DNA of 62,669 nt, the filler included, from Octopus bimaculoides (lineage: Eukaryota): the NCBI RefSeq assembly GCF_001194135.2. It is 7 parts of 6 records of this genome, joined end to end, with 100 filler letters (N's around TTAATTAATTAA, not from the genome) between each part and the next. Parts side by side here need not be neighbours in the genome. Positions count along the whole stretch, not along the records: positions 1 to 20,770 come from NC_068986.1; positions 20,871 to 41,639 come from NC_068984.1; 5 more parts are not named here. The stretch is one strand, 5' to 3'. The notes beneath the pieces were generated by a model, which searched no databases, was not told the DNA's origin, and saw only the letters and a list, made by a program, of their open reading frames with translations. The position numbers were made by a program, and so were the translations under genes. Positions 12,980-24,085 of this stretch are shown in pieces (the stretch's first letter is position 1; every line of letters begins with the position of its first letter).

Positions 12980-13127
12980 TTAAGAAAACGCAGTGACAAG
13001 CGGACGAACCTGACAATTATGAATGAGCAGAATTTAGGCAGTCCGATATTACGACATTTTTTTGACGAGAATGTGAAAAAAAGATATCTGCAAGAATTAT
13101 TCTGCGCAATATTTATAAAATGTAATG

Positions 13128-13343
13128 CAGTGAGCTGACAGAAACGTTAGCACGCCGGGCAAAATGCATAGCGGTATTTCGTCTGTTTTAACGTTCAAAT
13201 TCCCCCGAGGACGACATGGCTTTTCATCCTTTCGTAGGTCGATCAAATAAGTACCAGTTGAGCACCGGGGGGGGGGGCGTCGATGTAACCGACTTCCCCC
13301 CTTCCCCGACCTTGCTGGCCTTATGCCAAAATTTGAAACCAAT
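13128..13343 (+). mobile_element. SINE family C copy
   Basis: GAGCTGACAGAAACGTTAGCACGCCGGGC...TTCATCCTTTCGTAGGTCGATCAAATAAGTACCAGTTGAGCAC...TGCCAAAATTTGAAACC. Confidence 0.85.
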
Positions 13344-13781
13344 ATTTATAAAATGTTTAATACACATACATCTGGTTATTCATTTCTAACCATATGATGA
13401 TATTATACAAATATAATATCGTATGCTCACTAATGAAATGAGCTGAAATAAAAATAGGATGGAAGAAATTATCTTAGATATTTTTATTTATTTATTTATT
13501 TATTTCGTCTGTATGCACATATTTCTCTTCTGTCTCCCCTCTGTCTCCCCTCTGATTTTACTTATCTATTGACTTATCCTATCACTATCTATCTGTCAAA
13601 ATTTCTACTTTGTACGCGCGCGTGTGTATCTACTACTGTACCTCTAAATCAAATCACACACACACACACACAGACACGTATATATCTTTCTATATAGCCA
13701 TCTGTCAATCTGTATACACACACACATATATACATATTTAGATGCATACAAACACATATATACACTCACATGCACATACAA

Positions 13782-13813
<32 letters not shown>

Positions 13814-14683
13814 ACACACACATTCACATTTATATATATTCTGTGTCTATCCATCTAAAATCGCTCTNNNNNNNNNNNNNNNNNNNNNNNNNNNNNNNNN
13901 NNNNNNNNNNNNNNNNNNNNNNNNNNNNNNNNNNNNNNNNNNNNNNNNNNNNNNNNNNNNNNNNNNNNNNNNNNNNNNNNNNNNNNNNNNNNNNNNNNNN
14001 NNNNNNNNNNNNNNNNNNNNNNNNNNNNNNNNNNNNNNNNNNNNNNNNNNNNNNNNNNNNNNNNNNNNNNNNNNNNNNNNNNNNNNNNNNNNNNNNNNNN
14101 NNNNNNNNNNNNNNNNNNNNNNNNNNNNNNNNNNNNNNNNNNNNNNNNNNNNNNNNNNNNNNNNNNNNNNNNNNNNNNNNNNNNNNNNNNNNNNNNNNNN
14201 NNNNNNNNNNNNNNNNNNNNNNNNNNNNNNNNNNNNNNNNNNNNNNNNNNNNNNNNNNNNNNNNNNNNNNNNNNNNNNNNNNNNNNNNNNNNNNNNNNNN
14301 NNNNNNNNNNNNNNNNNNNNNNNNNNNNNNNNNNNNNTATATATATATATATCAGAAATACCCTCATGCATAAATACACTGTCATATAAATTGAGATGTA
14401 CTCTGACACACGGACGGTTTTCCACAACCATAATCTCGCAAAGACACATAGACGCATATGCGCGCATAGAAGTATAAACATATACACACTCACAAAGCAA
14501 CAACACAGAAGTGGAAATATGTATTGCAAACGTCACCGCATACCGAGACACTTTGCAATCGTGTACACTGAGCAATGGAAAGAGATTTTCAGTTATGTAC
14601 ACATTCACATTCCTATGTAGATCCGTATACTTTTGTTCATAATTCTAAAGTCGCATAAAGACAGGCATATATATATACATATA

Positions 14684-14905
14684 CAGGCTGGCTCAAAAGT
14701 AGGTTTACAGTTATCACGTAAGCACTTTAAATTTCTTTTAAAACATGTTATTCCATTTAAATTTCTATTTTACAATTAAATAAATTAGCATAGAATAATG
14801 GTTTCATATTTTTTATTTTTTATTTATAATTAAGATCTAAACTGTTAATAAATGAATGTGAAAGAGATGGTTGAATAACTGTAAACCTACTTTTGGGCCA
14901 CCCTG
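14684..14905. mobile_element. Tc1/mariner-type MITE, 222 bp
   Basis: TA|CAGGCTGGCTCAAAAGTAGGTTTACAGTTAT ... ATAACTGTAAACCTACTTTTGGGCCACCCTG|TA: ~31-bp imperfect TIRs with a TA duplication. Confidence 0.9.
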
Positions 14906-15224
14906 TATGTATTCCTCAGAATCAGAAATCTTAAAACTCAGCTACGGTGATAGCTTCATTCCTGATTTCTTTATATAGCAGCTGATTTTCTATGCTATTA
15001 AGAAGTACAGGTGGTACTTCTTAATAGCATAATTATATGGGGGTTTGTATCAGATATGCCCAATGAACTATGCCTTTGTACTTGTAGTTACACGGCGTGT
15101 TCGTGAAAATACGAACGTCGATTTTATATGTAATTATGACATTGGCTTTGTAAAAGTTTTCGATCGTCTACATAGTGCATGAAATATCAAACCAGACATA
15201 AAATCATGAACAACATTGTTACCT

Positions 15225-15610
15225 TCTCACCACCACCACCAACAACAACAACACCAACAAAAACAACAACACAACTACCACCGCCATCCTCAACACCACC
15301 ACCACCACCACCACCAACATCACCATCACCACCACCACAACCACTATTGTCAACAATACCAGCACCATCATCAAACACCCCACTACTATGACAACCACCA
15401 TTACTACCACTACTACAACCACCACTTCCACCACCACTACCACCACCACTACCACTACCACCACCACCACCACCACCACCACCACCANNNNNNNNNNCCA
15501 CTACCACCACCACCACCACCACCACCACCACCACCTTCATTATCATCACCATCCGTCTCTTCTTCGTTTTCTTCCAGCCAATATCATCATCATCACCGCA
15601 TCATCACAAT
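15225..15610. repeat. (CAC/CAA/CAT)n trinucleotide microsatellite
   Basis: Visible; source of the poly-H/P/T/V/G ORFs. Confidence 0.95.
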
Positions 15611-16101
15611 AATCATCGCCATCATATATCCGTCATCTCCATTATCGATATTACTCAGCAACTAAGTGTAACGTATTATGCTTTAGAGTACCGGATCCTC
15701 TCGAGAATATGTTTGTAGTTGCAGAAAATACCGAATACCCACAACCCGCCTACCTAAACTCATAATACAGGTTGCTTGCAATCGATTTCTTACCTTTTTT
15801 AATTTCTCACTATCACGCTATTGTATTTTGTATGCTATCAATAAGGACGATTGTAAGTTTGGGGTACAAGTGTACGTTAACAGTGCACGATCCCCGAGTA
15901 CTACAAGTAATTTCGCCCCAGATAAGCCAATAGCACATTATCGTGCCTCTTAAAGCACTCGGTGCAAGCTCTACTAAAAGACAGCGCCCTTAAACTTTAA
16001 GAGTACGGTTAAGGGTACGTAACTATGAAAAAGACTACTAGAGATGACCTAGGTCCGAAATTGGGTCATGCAAAATCCGCACGCATGCTGCTACGCTTTA
16101 A

Positions 16102-16320
16102 CCCTTTAGCATTCAGAATACTCCATCACAAGTAATGTTTATTCATTCAGATTGCTTTGAATTAATCATGCATTATCCCACAGCTTTCAGATTTCAAGGA
16201 TGTGATTGGTTACTTTTAGAATGACATTGTAGAGTAGGTGTGAGAAGAGTGATCTGGTTAGTTTGGACACAAAACAGGTAGAATATTTGAGCTTGCTATT
16301 TGGGTTTGTGTGCTAAAGGG
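16102..16320. mobile_element. Second piggyBac-type MITE family
   Basis: TTAA|CCCTTTAGCA ... TGCTAAAGGG; a partial inverted copy lies at 60417-60507. Confidence 0.75.
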
Positions 16321-16327
16321 TGAAGGC

Positions 16328-16709
16328 AGGAGGCGAAATGGTCCAGTGGTTAGGGTAGCGGACTCGCGGTCATAGGATCGCAGTTTCGATTCCCAGACCG
16401 GGCGGTGTGAGTGTTTATTGAGCGAAAACACCTAAAAGTTCCACGAGGCTCCGGAAGGGGATGGTGGCGAACCCTGCTGCACTCTTTCACCACAACTTTT
16501 TCTCACTCTTACTTCCTGTTTCTGTTGTGCCTGTAATTCAAAGTGTCAGCCTTGTCATACTGTGTCACGCTGAATATCCCCAATAACTACGTTAAGGGTA
16601 CACGTGTCTGTGGAGTGCTCAGCCACATGCACGTTAATTTCATGAGCAGGCTGTTCCATTGATCGGATCAACTGGAACCCTCGACGTCGCAAGCGACGAA
16701 GTGCCAACA
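16328..16709 (+). mobile_element. SINE family A, full length
   Basis: Collinear with the 10650 and 39125 copies; TGCTAAAGGGT is duplicated on both sides. Confidence 0.95.
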
Positions 16710-17984
16710 TGCTAAAGGGTTAGTGACCAAAATCCAATCCTAATTCATAGATTATGATGATTTTCCTCAATGGAGATGCGCTGTATCAACAAGCCTATAC
16801 TACTCTGCAAACAATAAAACCTGTTAAAAATCGATGGGAGTTGTTTACTAGTACCCATGGGTTACTAATGAATGAGAAGAATTGGGGCAAATGTTGAGTT
16901 GTAAATTCTTTAATACAAGAATATATTTGTCGCAGAAATTTTTTCAAGTCAGTGGAACACACTCACAGCAAGTCAAATAATTCTAATAGTAGCACGATAT
17001 GTAAAAGAGAAAACCCAAGTAATTATGGATCATGATTTTGTTGCTTAACACCATGTCAACTTTTATTGAACAGAAATATGATCAAAGGGATTCCAGCTAT
17101 GACCATCTGGTCAGGTATATATATATATATATATATATNNNNNNNNNNNNNNNNNNNNNNNNNNNNNNNNNNNNNNNNNNNNNNNNNNNNNNNNNNNNNN
17201 NNNNNNNNNNNNNNNNNNNNNNNNNNNNNNNNNNNNNNNNNNNNNNNNNNNNNNNNNNNNNNNNNNNNNNNNNNNNNNNNNNNNNNNNNNNNNNNNNNNN
17301 NNNNNNNNNNNNNNNNNNNNNNNNNNNNNNNNNNNNNNNNNNNNNNNNNNNNNNNNNNNNNNNNNNNNNNNNNNNNNNNNNNNNNNNNNNNNNNNNNNNN
17401 NNNNNNNNNNNNNNNNNNNNNNNNNNNNNNNNNNNNNNNNNNNNNNNNNNNNNNNNNNNNNNNNNNNNNNNNNNNNNNNNNNNNNNNNNNNNNNNNNNNN
17501 NNNNNNNNNNNNNNNNNNNNNNNNNNNNNNNNNNNNNNNNNNNNNNNNNNNNNNNNNNNNNNNNNNNNNNNNNNNNNNNNNNNNNNNNNNNNNNNNNNNN
17601 NNNNNNNNNNNNNNNNNNNNNNNNNNNNNNNNNNNNNNNNNNNNNNNNNNNNNNNNNNNNNNNNNNNNNNNNNNNNNNNNNNNNNNNNNNNNNNNNNNNN
17701 NNNNNNNNNNNNNNNNNNNNTATATATACACACACATAATTGCTATCTGTTGGAGTTTCAGCATTTTAGCTGCTATTTCTGACTTCGGTATATGGTGAAG
17801 CAACTTGTTACTGATCCCTTAATTTTGTTTATAAATGTATAAGAACTTTTAAATAAGTTCCTCACCGATAATGGTGCTTACATACCGAAGGGCTTGGTAA
17901 AAATTATTAATTTATTTATTAATAAATTAATAAATTGATAATCCTTTACCCTTTTAATTGTAATATATATATATTTATCAGACA

Positions 17985-18341
17985 CTACGTTTTCCAGGTT
18001 CTTCTTCTACATTTAAGATAGTTCGCTATGTTTTGAGGGAGATATTGACTGATTTTTCTTGAAAATCGAAAGACCACACTGAGGTCTCTCGACTGTCTCA
18101 CTATTGAAAAATAAGTCTCGGTTGGTGTTTCGTATCTTTGTTCCGGTACTGCATTTAATCTATTGCCTATATATTTGACAGATAACGGCAGAACCACTTG
18201 CTTCAGGGTGTTGTTGCTTGTAAAATTCGCTACTAAATTGACGGGCGATTTTGTGGAGTGCATTGACAATCCACAAAACTCATCCAGTGATACGAAGCGC
18301 TGCATTTCATAGAACATTGCCTTATCAAGGTTCATAGCCAA
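17985..18341 (-). mobile_element. Possible Penelope-like RT-thumb/endonuclease linker fragment
   Basis: 118-aa non-repetitive ORF containing ...SVKYIGN...SVVFRFSRKISQYLP, resembling the PLE LPY+G...VVF pattern (recall, not searched). Confidence 0.35.
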
Positions 18342-18349
18342 ACATTATA

Positions 18350-19280
18350 CTTATTATCGCCATCATCATTGCCATTGTAACATAAACATCATCACCATTA
18401 TCAATATAATCATCATGAGTATATAACATCAGCATCACTACCCGTTGGTGATAATGTTATAGATAATATCCTCATCGAATTGAGAGTCGTGGTGATAGCG
18501 TTATCACAAATCCTACCACTAGTATTACCGTAAATATCCTATTATATCGCTATTACCATCACGGCCGTCAACATCCTCACGACCGCCATCAGTAACATCA
18601 TATTTACCACAAGTCTCTATCGGCATAATCACATCCAATATTAATTACAACTGCGATCACAATCACCACCACCTCCACCGCAACCGCCGCCACGACAACG
18701 ACGACGACAACCACCACCACCGCCGCCACCGCCACTACCATCACCACCACCACCACCACCACTACCACCATCACCGTCACCGCCACCAACATCACCGCCA
18801 NNNNNNNNNNNNNNNNNNNNNNNNNNNNNNNNNNNNNNNNNNNNNNNNNNNNNNNNNNNNNNNNNNNNNNNNNNNNNNNNNNNNNNNNNNNNNNNNNNNN
18901 NNNNNNNNNNNNNNNNNNNNNNNNNNNNNNNNNNNNNNNNNNNNNNNNNNNNNNNNNNNNNNNNNNNNNNNNNNNNNNNNNNNNNNNNNNNNNNNNNNNN
19001 NNNNNNNNNNNNNNNNNNNNNNNNNNNNNNNNNNNNNNNNNNNNNNNNNNNNNNNNNNNNNNNNNNNNNNNNNNNNNNNNNNNNNNNCAATCAACATCAT
19101 CACTAACGTTTTTATGATCCCCGAAACCGTCACCAGCCCCACCACAATTATCATTCCCCACCATCCCCGCACTATCAACACTATTGTCCCTATCACCACC
19201 AACACAAAATAACATCAACACCATCACTGCTATCACCAACGTTGCTATCGTTATTGTCATCACCACGACGACCAACATAG
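18350..19280. repeat. Degenerate (CAT/CAC)n low-complexity tract spanning a gap
   Basis: Visible trinucleotide periodicity. Confidence 0.85.
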
Positions 19281-19645
19281 TTTCTGAAGCGGACACCCAA
19301 TAAATGCAATTGTAGATATGACAAAAAAAAAAAAAAAAGATTGGGTAATCACAGCTGGGACATTTTTCAATGCTAAGTTTGTCTATCTAAGCTAACCAGT
19401 GATTTTATATCAACAACATCACCAGCAAATTTTAAGAGATTAACAATATTTTGACTATGTGCTGGAAAATTCCATATATTCTGTTAAGACAGCAATCGTT
19501 CTATGTAACAGGACAGCCGTGATCAGATATTTATCAAAAGCGCTCAGTTGTGGTCATCCCGTTCTTTTTCTGATACACAGTGTATCTGGGACTGCATTAC
19601 TTAATGTTATCCTTTGATTTTTAAACATGTTATGCATAGAGAATC

Positions 19646-19886
19646 CAGGCAAAAAAGTCACAGGCAAAAAAATCACAGGAAAGGAAGTCACGGAAAAAAG
19701 TCACAGGAAAAAAGTCACAGGGGTTTTGTCCGGATTCCATAAATTAATTGTGACATTTTTCCTGTGATTTATTACCGGCCACCATAAATTAATTGTGGCT
19801 TTTTTTCCTCTGATTTTTTTTTCCTAGCCAAAATTGTGACTTTATTACTGTGAGATTTTTTTCCTGTGACTTTATTACCGGTCACC
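19646..19886. mobile_element. Mini foldback-like element of ~15-bp subrepeats in inverted arms
   Basis: Left arm (CAGG(C/A)AAAAAAGTCA)n; right arm (TTTTCCTGTGA(C/T)TT)n. Confidence 0.7.
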
Positions 19887-20329
19887 TGTAGTGATTCAAG
19901 GAAGTTTGGTTGCTTTTTCTAGTACGTAAAACAGCTCTGTAAAGTATCTCACCTCCACTCAAAGTCTGACTTTTACTTGTTAATAAAAGGTTTGAGTATA
20001 CGCTCAGACGCTCTCTCGCTGATTTTACATGTACAATGATTGTAAAGCTATGAATTAAAATTTACTACTTTGATATCAAACAGACGATATATATGCATAT
20101 CGCAATTTTGTAGATAATGGTCATTAACAGTTAAATATGATTTTAAGTAGTATAAGTAACTGTTGTCAATGAAAGGAAGAGACATCAAAAAATTTCAGAA
20201 CGTATAAAAAGGTATCAGAATATTTAATATGTGTTTTGTTATTGCTTAGTGTTTTAATCTTTAGCCGCATTGACAGATAAGTGACAAAGACAAGTAGGTA
20301 TTTAAAGCAAAAGTGACTGAGGCTGGAAG

Positions 20330-20708
20330 ATTGCTGGATGGGGGGTCGGCTGGTTGGCTGGTTGGTTGGATGGTTGGTTGGTTAGTTGGTTGGTTGGATG
20401 GATGGATGGATGGATGGATAGATGGATGGATGGATGGATAGATGGATGGCTGGATGGCTGGATGGACTGGTAGATAGATAGACAGGCAGACAAACTAGTA
20501 GAAAGACAGACAGTAAAATAGATAAGTAGATTGACTGATTGATTGATTGATTGATTGACTGAGTGAGTGAGTGAGAGAGTGAGTGATTGTTCGATTGATG
20601 GTTACACTTTGAATAAATAAATAGCTGGAATGAAAGGTAGATCGACCGATCGATCGATCGATAGATAGGTAGACACAGACAGATAGACAGATATATATAT
20701 ATATATAC

Positions 20709-20770
<62 letters not shown>
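20330..20770. repeat. Compound tetranucleotide series followed by (GT)n
   Basis: GGTT, GGAT, AGAT, TGAT, TGAG, CGAT, AGAC runs. Confidence 0.9.
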
Positions 20771-20814
20771 NNNNNNNNNNNNNNNNNNNNNNNNNNNNNN
20801 NNNNNNNNNNNNNN

Positions 20815-20826
20815 TTAATTAATTAA
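20815..20826. other. Artificial six-frame-stop scaffold linker TTAATTAATTAA (N44 each side)
   Basis: Identical 100-bp N44-12-N44 structure occurs six times. Confidence 0.95.
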
Positions 20827-20870
20827 NNNNNNNNNNNNNNNNNNNNNNNNNNNNNNNNNNNNNNNNNNNN

Positions 20871-20938
<68 letters not shown>

Positions 20939-21429
20939 GTAAATGAAGTATAGAAGATGGAATATGCAAAAAATTTATCAACCACGATAATTCTTTTGAC
21001 ACATCAAGCATCTGTCCCTCACGGGTGGGACACTTAGCAACTGATTCAAGAACATCCGAATGTGGAGATGTGTCTAATCAGGTGATAAGTAGATACAATT
21101 CGTTAAAATAAGAGTTCCGTAATGTAGCTCCTCATCTCGTAGAAAAAAACAGCAAAACGAAGGAAATATTTTTATATAGCAAATCAAAAATAAAATCACA
21201 GATGCAAAAAAGAAACGAACTCACAATAAAACGAGAAAAGTACTAAAAATAACCGTTAACAGATATGAATGTATAAGCTGCATAGCGCGTGTACAATCGC
21301 TAACACAAGCATCCACGAATATGTAAGCATAGCCATCCGTGTAGTTTGGTAGGCACATTATCACAAGGCGAGTTAAATAGTCACTTTGTGTTTATAAGAA
21401 TGCAGACGTTAAAAGTGAACTAAATTCAT

Positions 21430-22070
21430 CCATACCTTAAAGTATATTGTGTTAATGGTTTCCCAAATTCATTCCCAATGCATGGTACGAAAGTACATTT
21501 ATATGTTTGTAGGCCTCCTGAGAGTCTTTCAGAAACTCTATTAATGATCTTCTCATTGGTCCTCAGAATAGACACAGATTCCTCGGAGCAGAGTCGGCAT
21601 CTCCTGGAAATGATATTATATGGTTTTTCGTGGCTTACTATGGACCAAGTTATGTTATACTTAATTTTGTCTTCCTTCATTTGCCACACAAAATCGGCCA
21701 AATGTTGAATGTCTCTTATTGATTCTCTTGAAGCTGGTGACATGTTTGCCGTAACGAATCTTAACTGAATCAGCCATCTGCTCAATATAAACACACGGCC
21801 CGCCCCATGTGTGCACTGTATATTTATATACAGGATTTGTACTCAAACAGAATTTCATCAATGGGAATTTCGACTTTTCTCTGCATGGGGATTTATCAAA
21901 TTTATTTGTACTAGCAAATCTACCCATCTACGATCAAGGCATAAAATGAGGGAGGGAAATCATAATAGCACTATGTGTTCAGAAATGTATAAATGGGCTT
22001 GATTGATTCCTGGGTGATGTCTTAAAAAAATCACATTATTTTTGGTGAAACAGCATTCTATTGAAGTTAT
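21430..22070 (-). mobile_element. Penelope-like element, GIY-YIG endonuclease region (frameshifted)
   Basis: PCREKSKFPLMKFCLSTNPVYK...KIRYGKHVTSF and LADFVWQMKEDKIKYNITWSIVSHEKPYNIISRRCRLC..E match the PLE endonuclease C-terminal pattern. Confidence 0.85.
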
Positions 22071-23020
22071 ATGACGTGTTTGCGACTGACATATGATCGC
22101 GATTCGCTGCCAAACTGAAATTGGATCGAAGACTCTGTATCATAAAGGTCCATGTGGACCACTCCTAACAAAAGCCAGACCTTCCTTGGACCACTACATA
22201 AAAAAGTATTTTGAAAAAATTGTTTAGATATACTTTTATTTTAGTTGTTTACACTATTTTACACTTGTTTATACATTAAGTATATTCAAAGTTCACAAAT
22301 GCTCTTGCTTGAACTATGAATCATATTCCTTTCGATAATATCAATATGATAGCAAAACTTCTTTATAGACGATATTTTCAGTTTGGTCGGCACTTCCAAA
22401 TTACTGGAGTCCGTTGCTCTACTCATAGCGAGTGTAAACATCGGCGTGCTACTCTACTCATAGCGTGTGTAAACATCTGTGTTTACACGATCAAAAATCT
22501 GGCAGTGTGCCTTGTTTGTTGTGAATGTGCGAGCGAAATCTTTAGGATTGCAAAAACTCAAGCTTAGATTTTCCTCTCACACTTCTATGCGAATAATATT
22601 TGGATGTTCTGGTACCATGGGTTATTTTGATTGACAAAACTGTGATGCAAACAACAGTCGCTTCGATTAACCGTTTCGAATCCTGCTCGAGACTGACACA
22701 GTTCAATAAATAATTGCACACATTATATAGTGACACACACTTTTTCCATTTTATTTTCGATATTAACCGTCCTCACGACCCCCTTCGTATCTACGATGGG
22801 GCCACGAACTATACGATGAAAATCCAAAGTTACTCGTGGCCTGTGACTTTTTAATAAAAAGGCGAATGTGGTTTATCAATTCAAACATCGATATCTACGA
22901 AATACTCATACTTTCTAATGATGTAATGCTAAAAACCTTCCTGACGACCGTCTTTGTAATCCAGAAAAATACCGTAACCATTGGTTCAGCTCTTAACCAT
23001 ACGCCATATGCAAGTAGACA

Positions 23021-23300
23021 TATGGCGTAGTGGTTAAGAGCGCAGGCTACTAACTCCAACATTCCGAGTTCGATTTGAAGCAGTGATCTGAATACTAATA
23101 ATAATAATAATAATAACATCGAAAAATACCTCAGGAATGAGAACCCAGGTTCGAAATTTCCCCAAGACATCTGAAGAAGGCTGGAGGGTATATCAGCCGA
23201 AACTGTTGTACTAACAACAAACAAGATGAAGAAAAATCTCCGTCGAATGTAAATAATGTAAATAATCTACATAATTCCTCATCTCTTAAATATAGAACTG
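23021..23300 (+). mobile_element. tRNA-headed SINE with internal (AAT)n and PLE-like 3' tail (family D)
   Basis: A-box TGGCGTAGTGG and B-box GAGTTCGATT, then (AAT)n, then ...CTGAAGAAGGCTG...CAGCCGAAAC...; the tail is repeated inverted at 23853-24040. Confidence 0.8.
23166..23212 (+). ncRNA. Degenerate minimal type I hammerhead-ribozyme-like motif
   Basis: CUGAAGA core, stem II GGCUG/CAGCC, GAAA; this copy's stem I/III are imperfect. Confidence 0.5.
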
Positions 23301-23852
23301 TAGAATCACTTCGATAATTAAAATTTTATAAATATTACATATATTCATGTGTGTGTGTGTGTGTGTGCACGCGTATGTGAGGTTGTATGTGTGTTACGGA
23401 CAATTTTACACATGCATCATCTTATATCATAAATATAAGGAGTCCAACTTTATTAATGTTTTCTTAATTTTACATTCAATTTAATGGAACAGAAACATTA
23501 TTTGAGCATGACTGACAATATTTTCTGTACATGCAGAGAAATAACTTAACCAATAATAATATGTAAATTTAAACAATACTCCTAAGCAATCATATATTTC
23601 AGTTTAAGTTCTCTAGATTACTTTCATTTTCTATTATTAAGTGTTTCATAGGAAACTAATCGGTGAAAAAAAAGAGAATGAATTGTTACACAAATTATCT
23701 AGTAGACTGGTATTCAGCTACTTTAACAAACATTTCTGTCAGAAATTGACAGGAAAATTTAAGCTAATGATATAAAACCAATCTCTTATAACTGAAATAT
23801 TTAATATAATCTGTACATATTCACTAGATTCTACCTGAATTATTCACCTTGA

Positions 23853-24005
23853 TTTACATTATTGACATTTGACGGATATTTGTCCTCATCTTGTTTGTTG
23901 TTAACACAAGGTTTCGGCTGATATAAACTCCAGCCTTGATCAGCAGTCTTAGGAAAATTTCGATTCTGAATTCTCATTCCCAAAGTACTTTTCGATGTTG
24001 TTATG

Positions 24006-24040
<35 letters not shown>
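23853..24040 (-). mobile_element. Family D SINE, headless copy
   Basis: Reverse complement matches 23100-23260, including CAGCCGAAAC..GTGTTAACAACAAACAAGATGAGGACAAATATCCGTC. Confidence 0.8.
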
Positions 24041-24085
24041 CATCATCATCGTCATCATCATCATCATCATCGTGATTATTATTAT

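Noticed and set aside
16035-16070. Hammerhead-like CTAGAGA-T-GACC-TA-GGTC-C-GAAA
   Set aside because: The core is mutated and there is no second copy to build a consensus.
20815-20826. TTAATTAATTAA as a homeodomain or piggyBac site
   Set aside because: Identical N44 flanks in six places indicate a synthetic spacer.
22110-22830. hAT-type MITE ends and a 27-bp tandem duplication
   Set aside because: TIRs and TSD could not be defined.
23021-23090. Genuine tRNA gene (also the SINE heads at 16328 and 39125)
   Set aside because: A/B boxes are present but there is no complete cloverleaf, and each continues into a repeat body.
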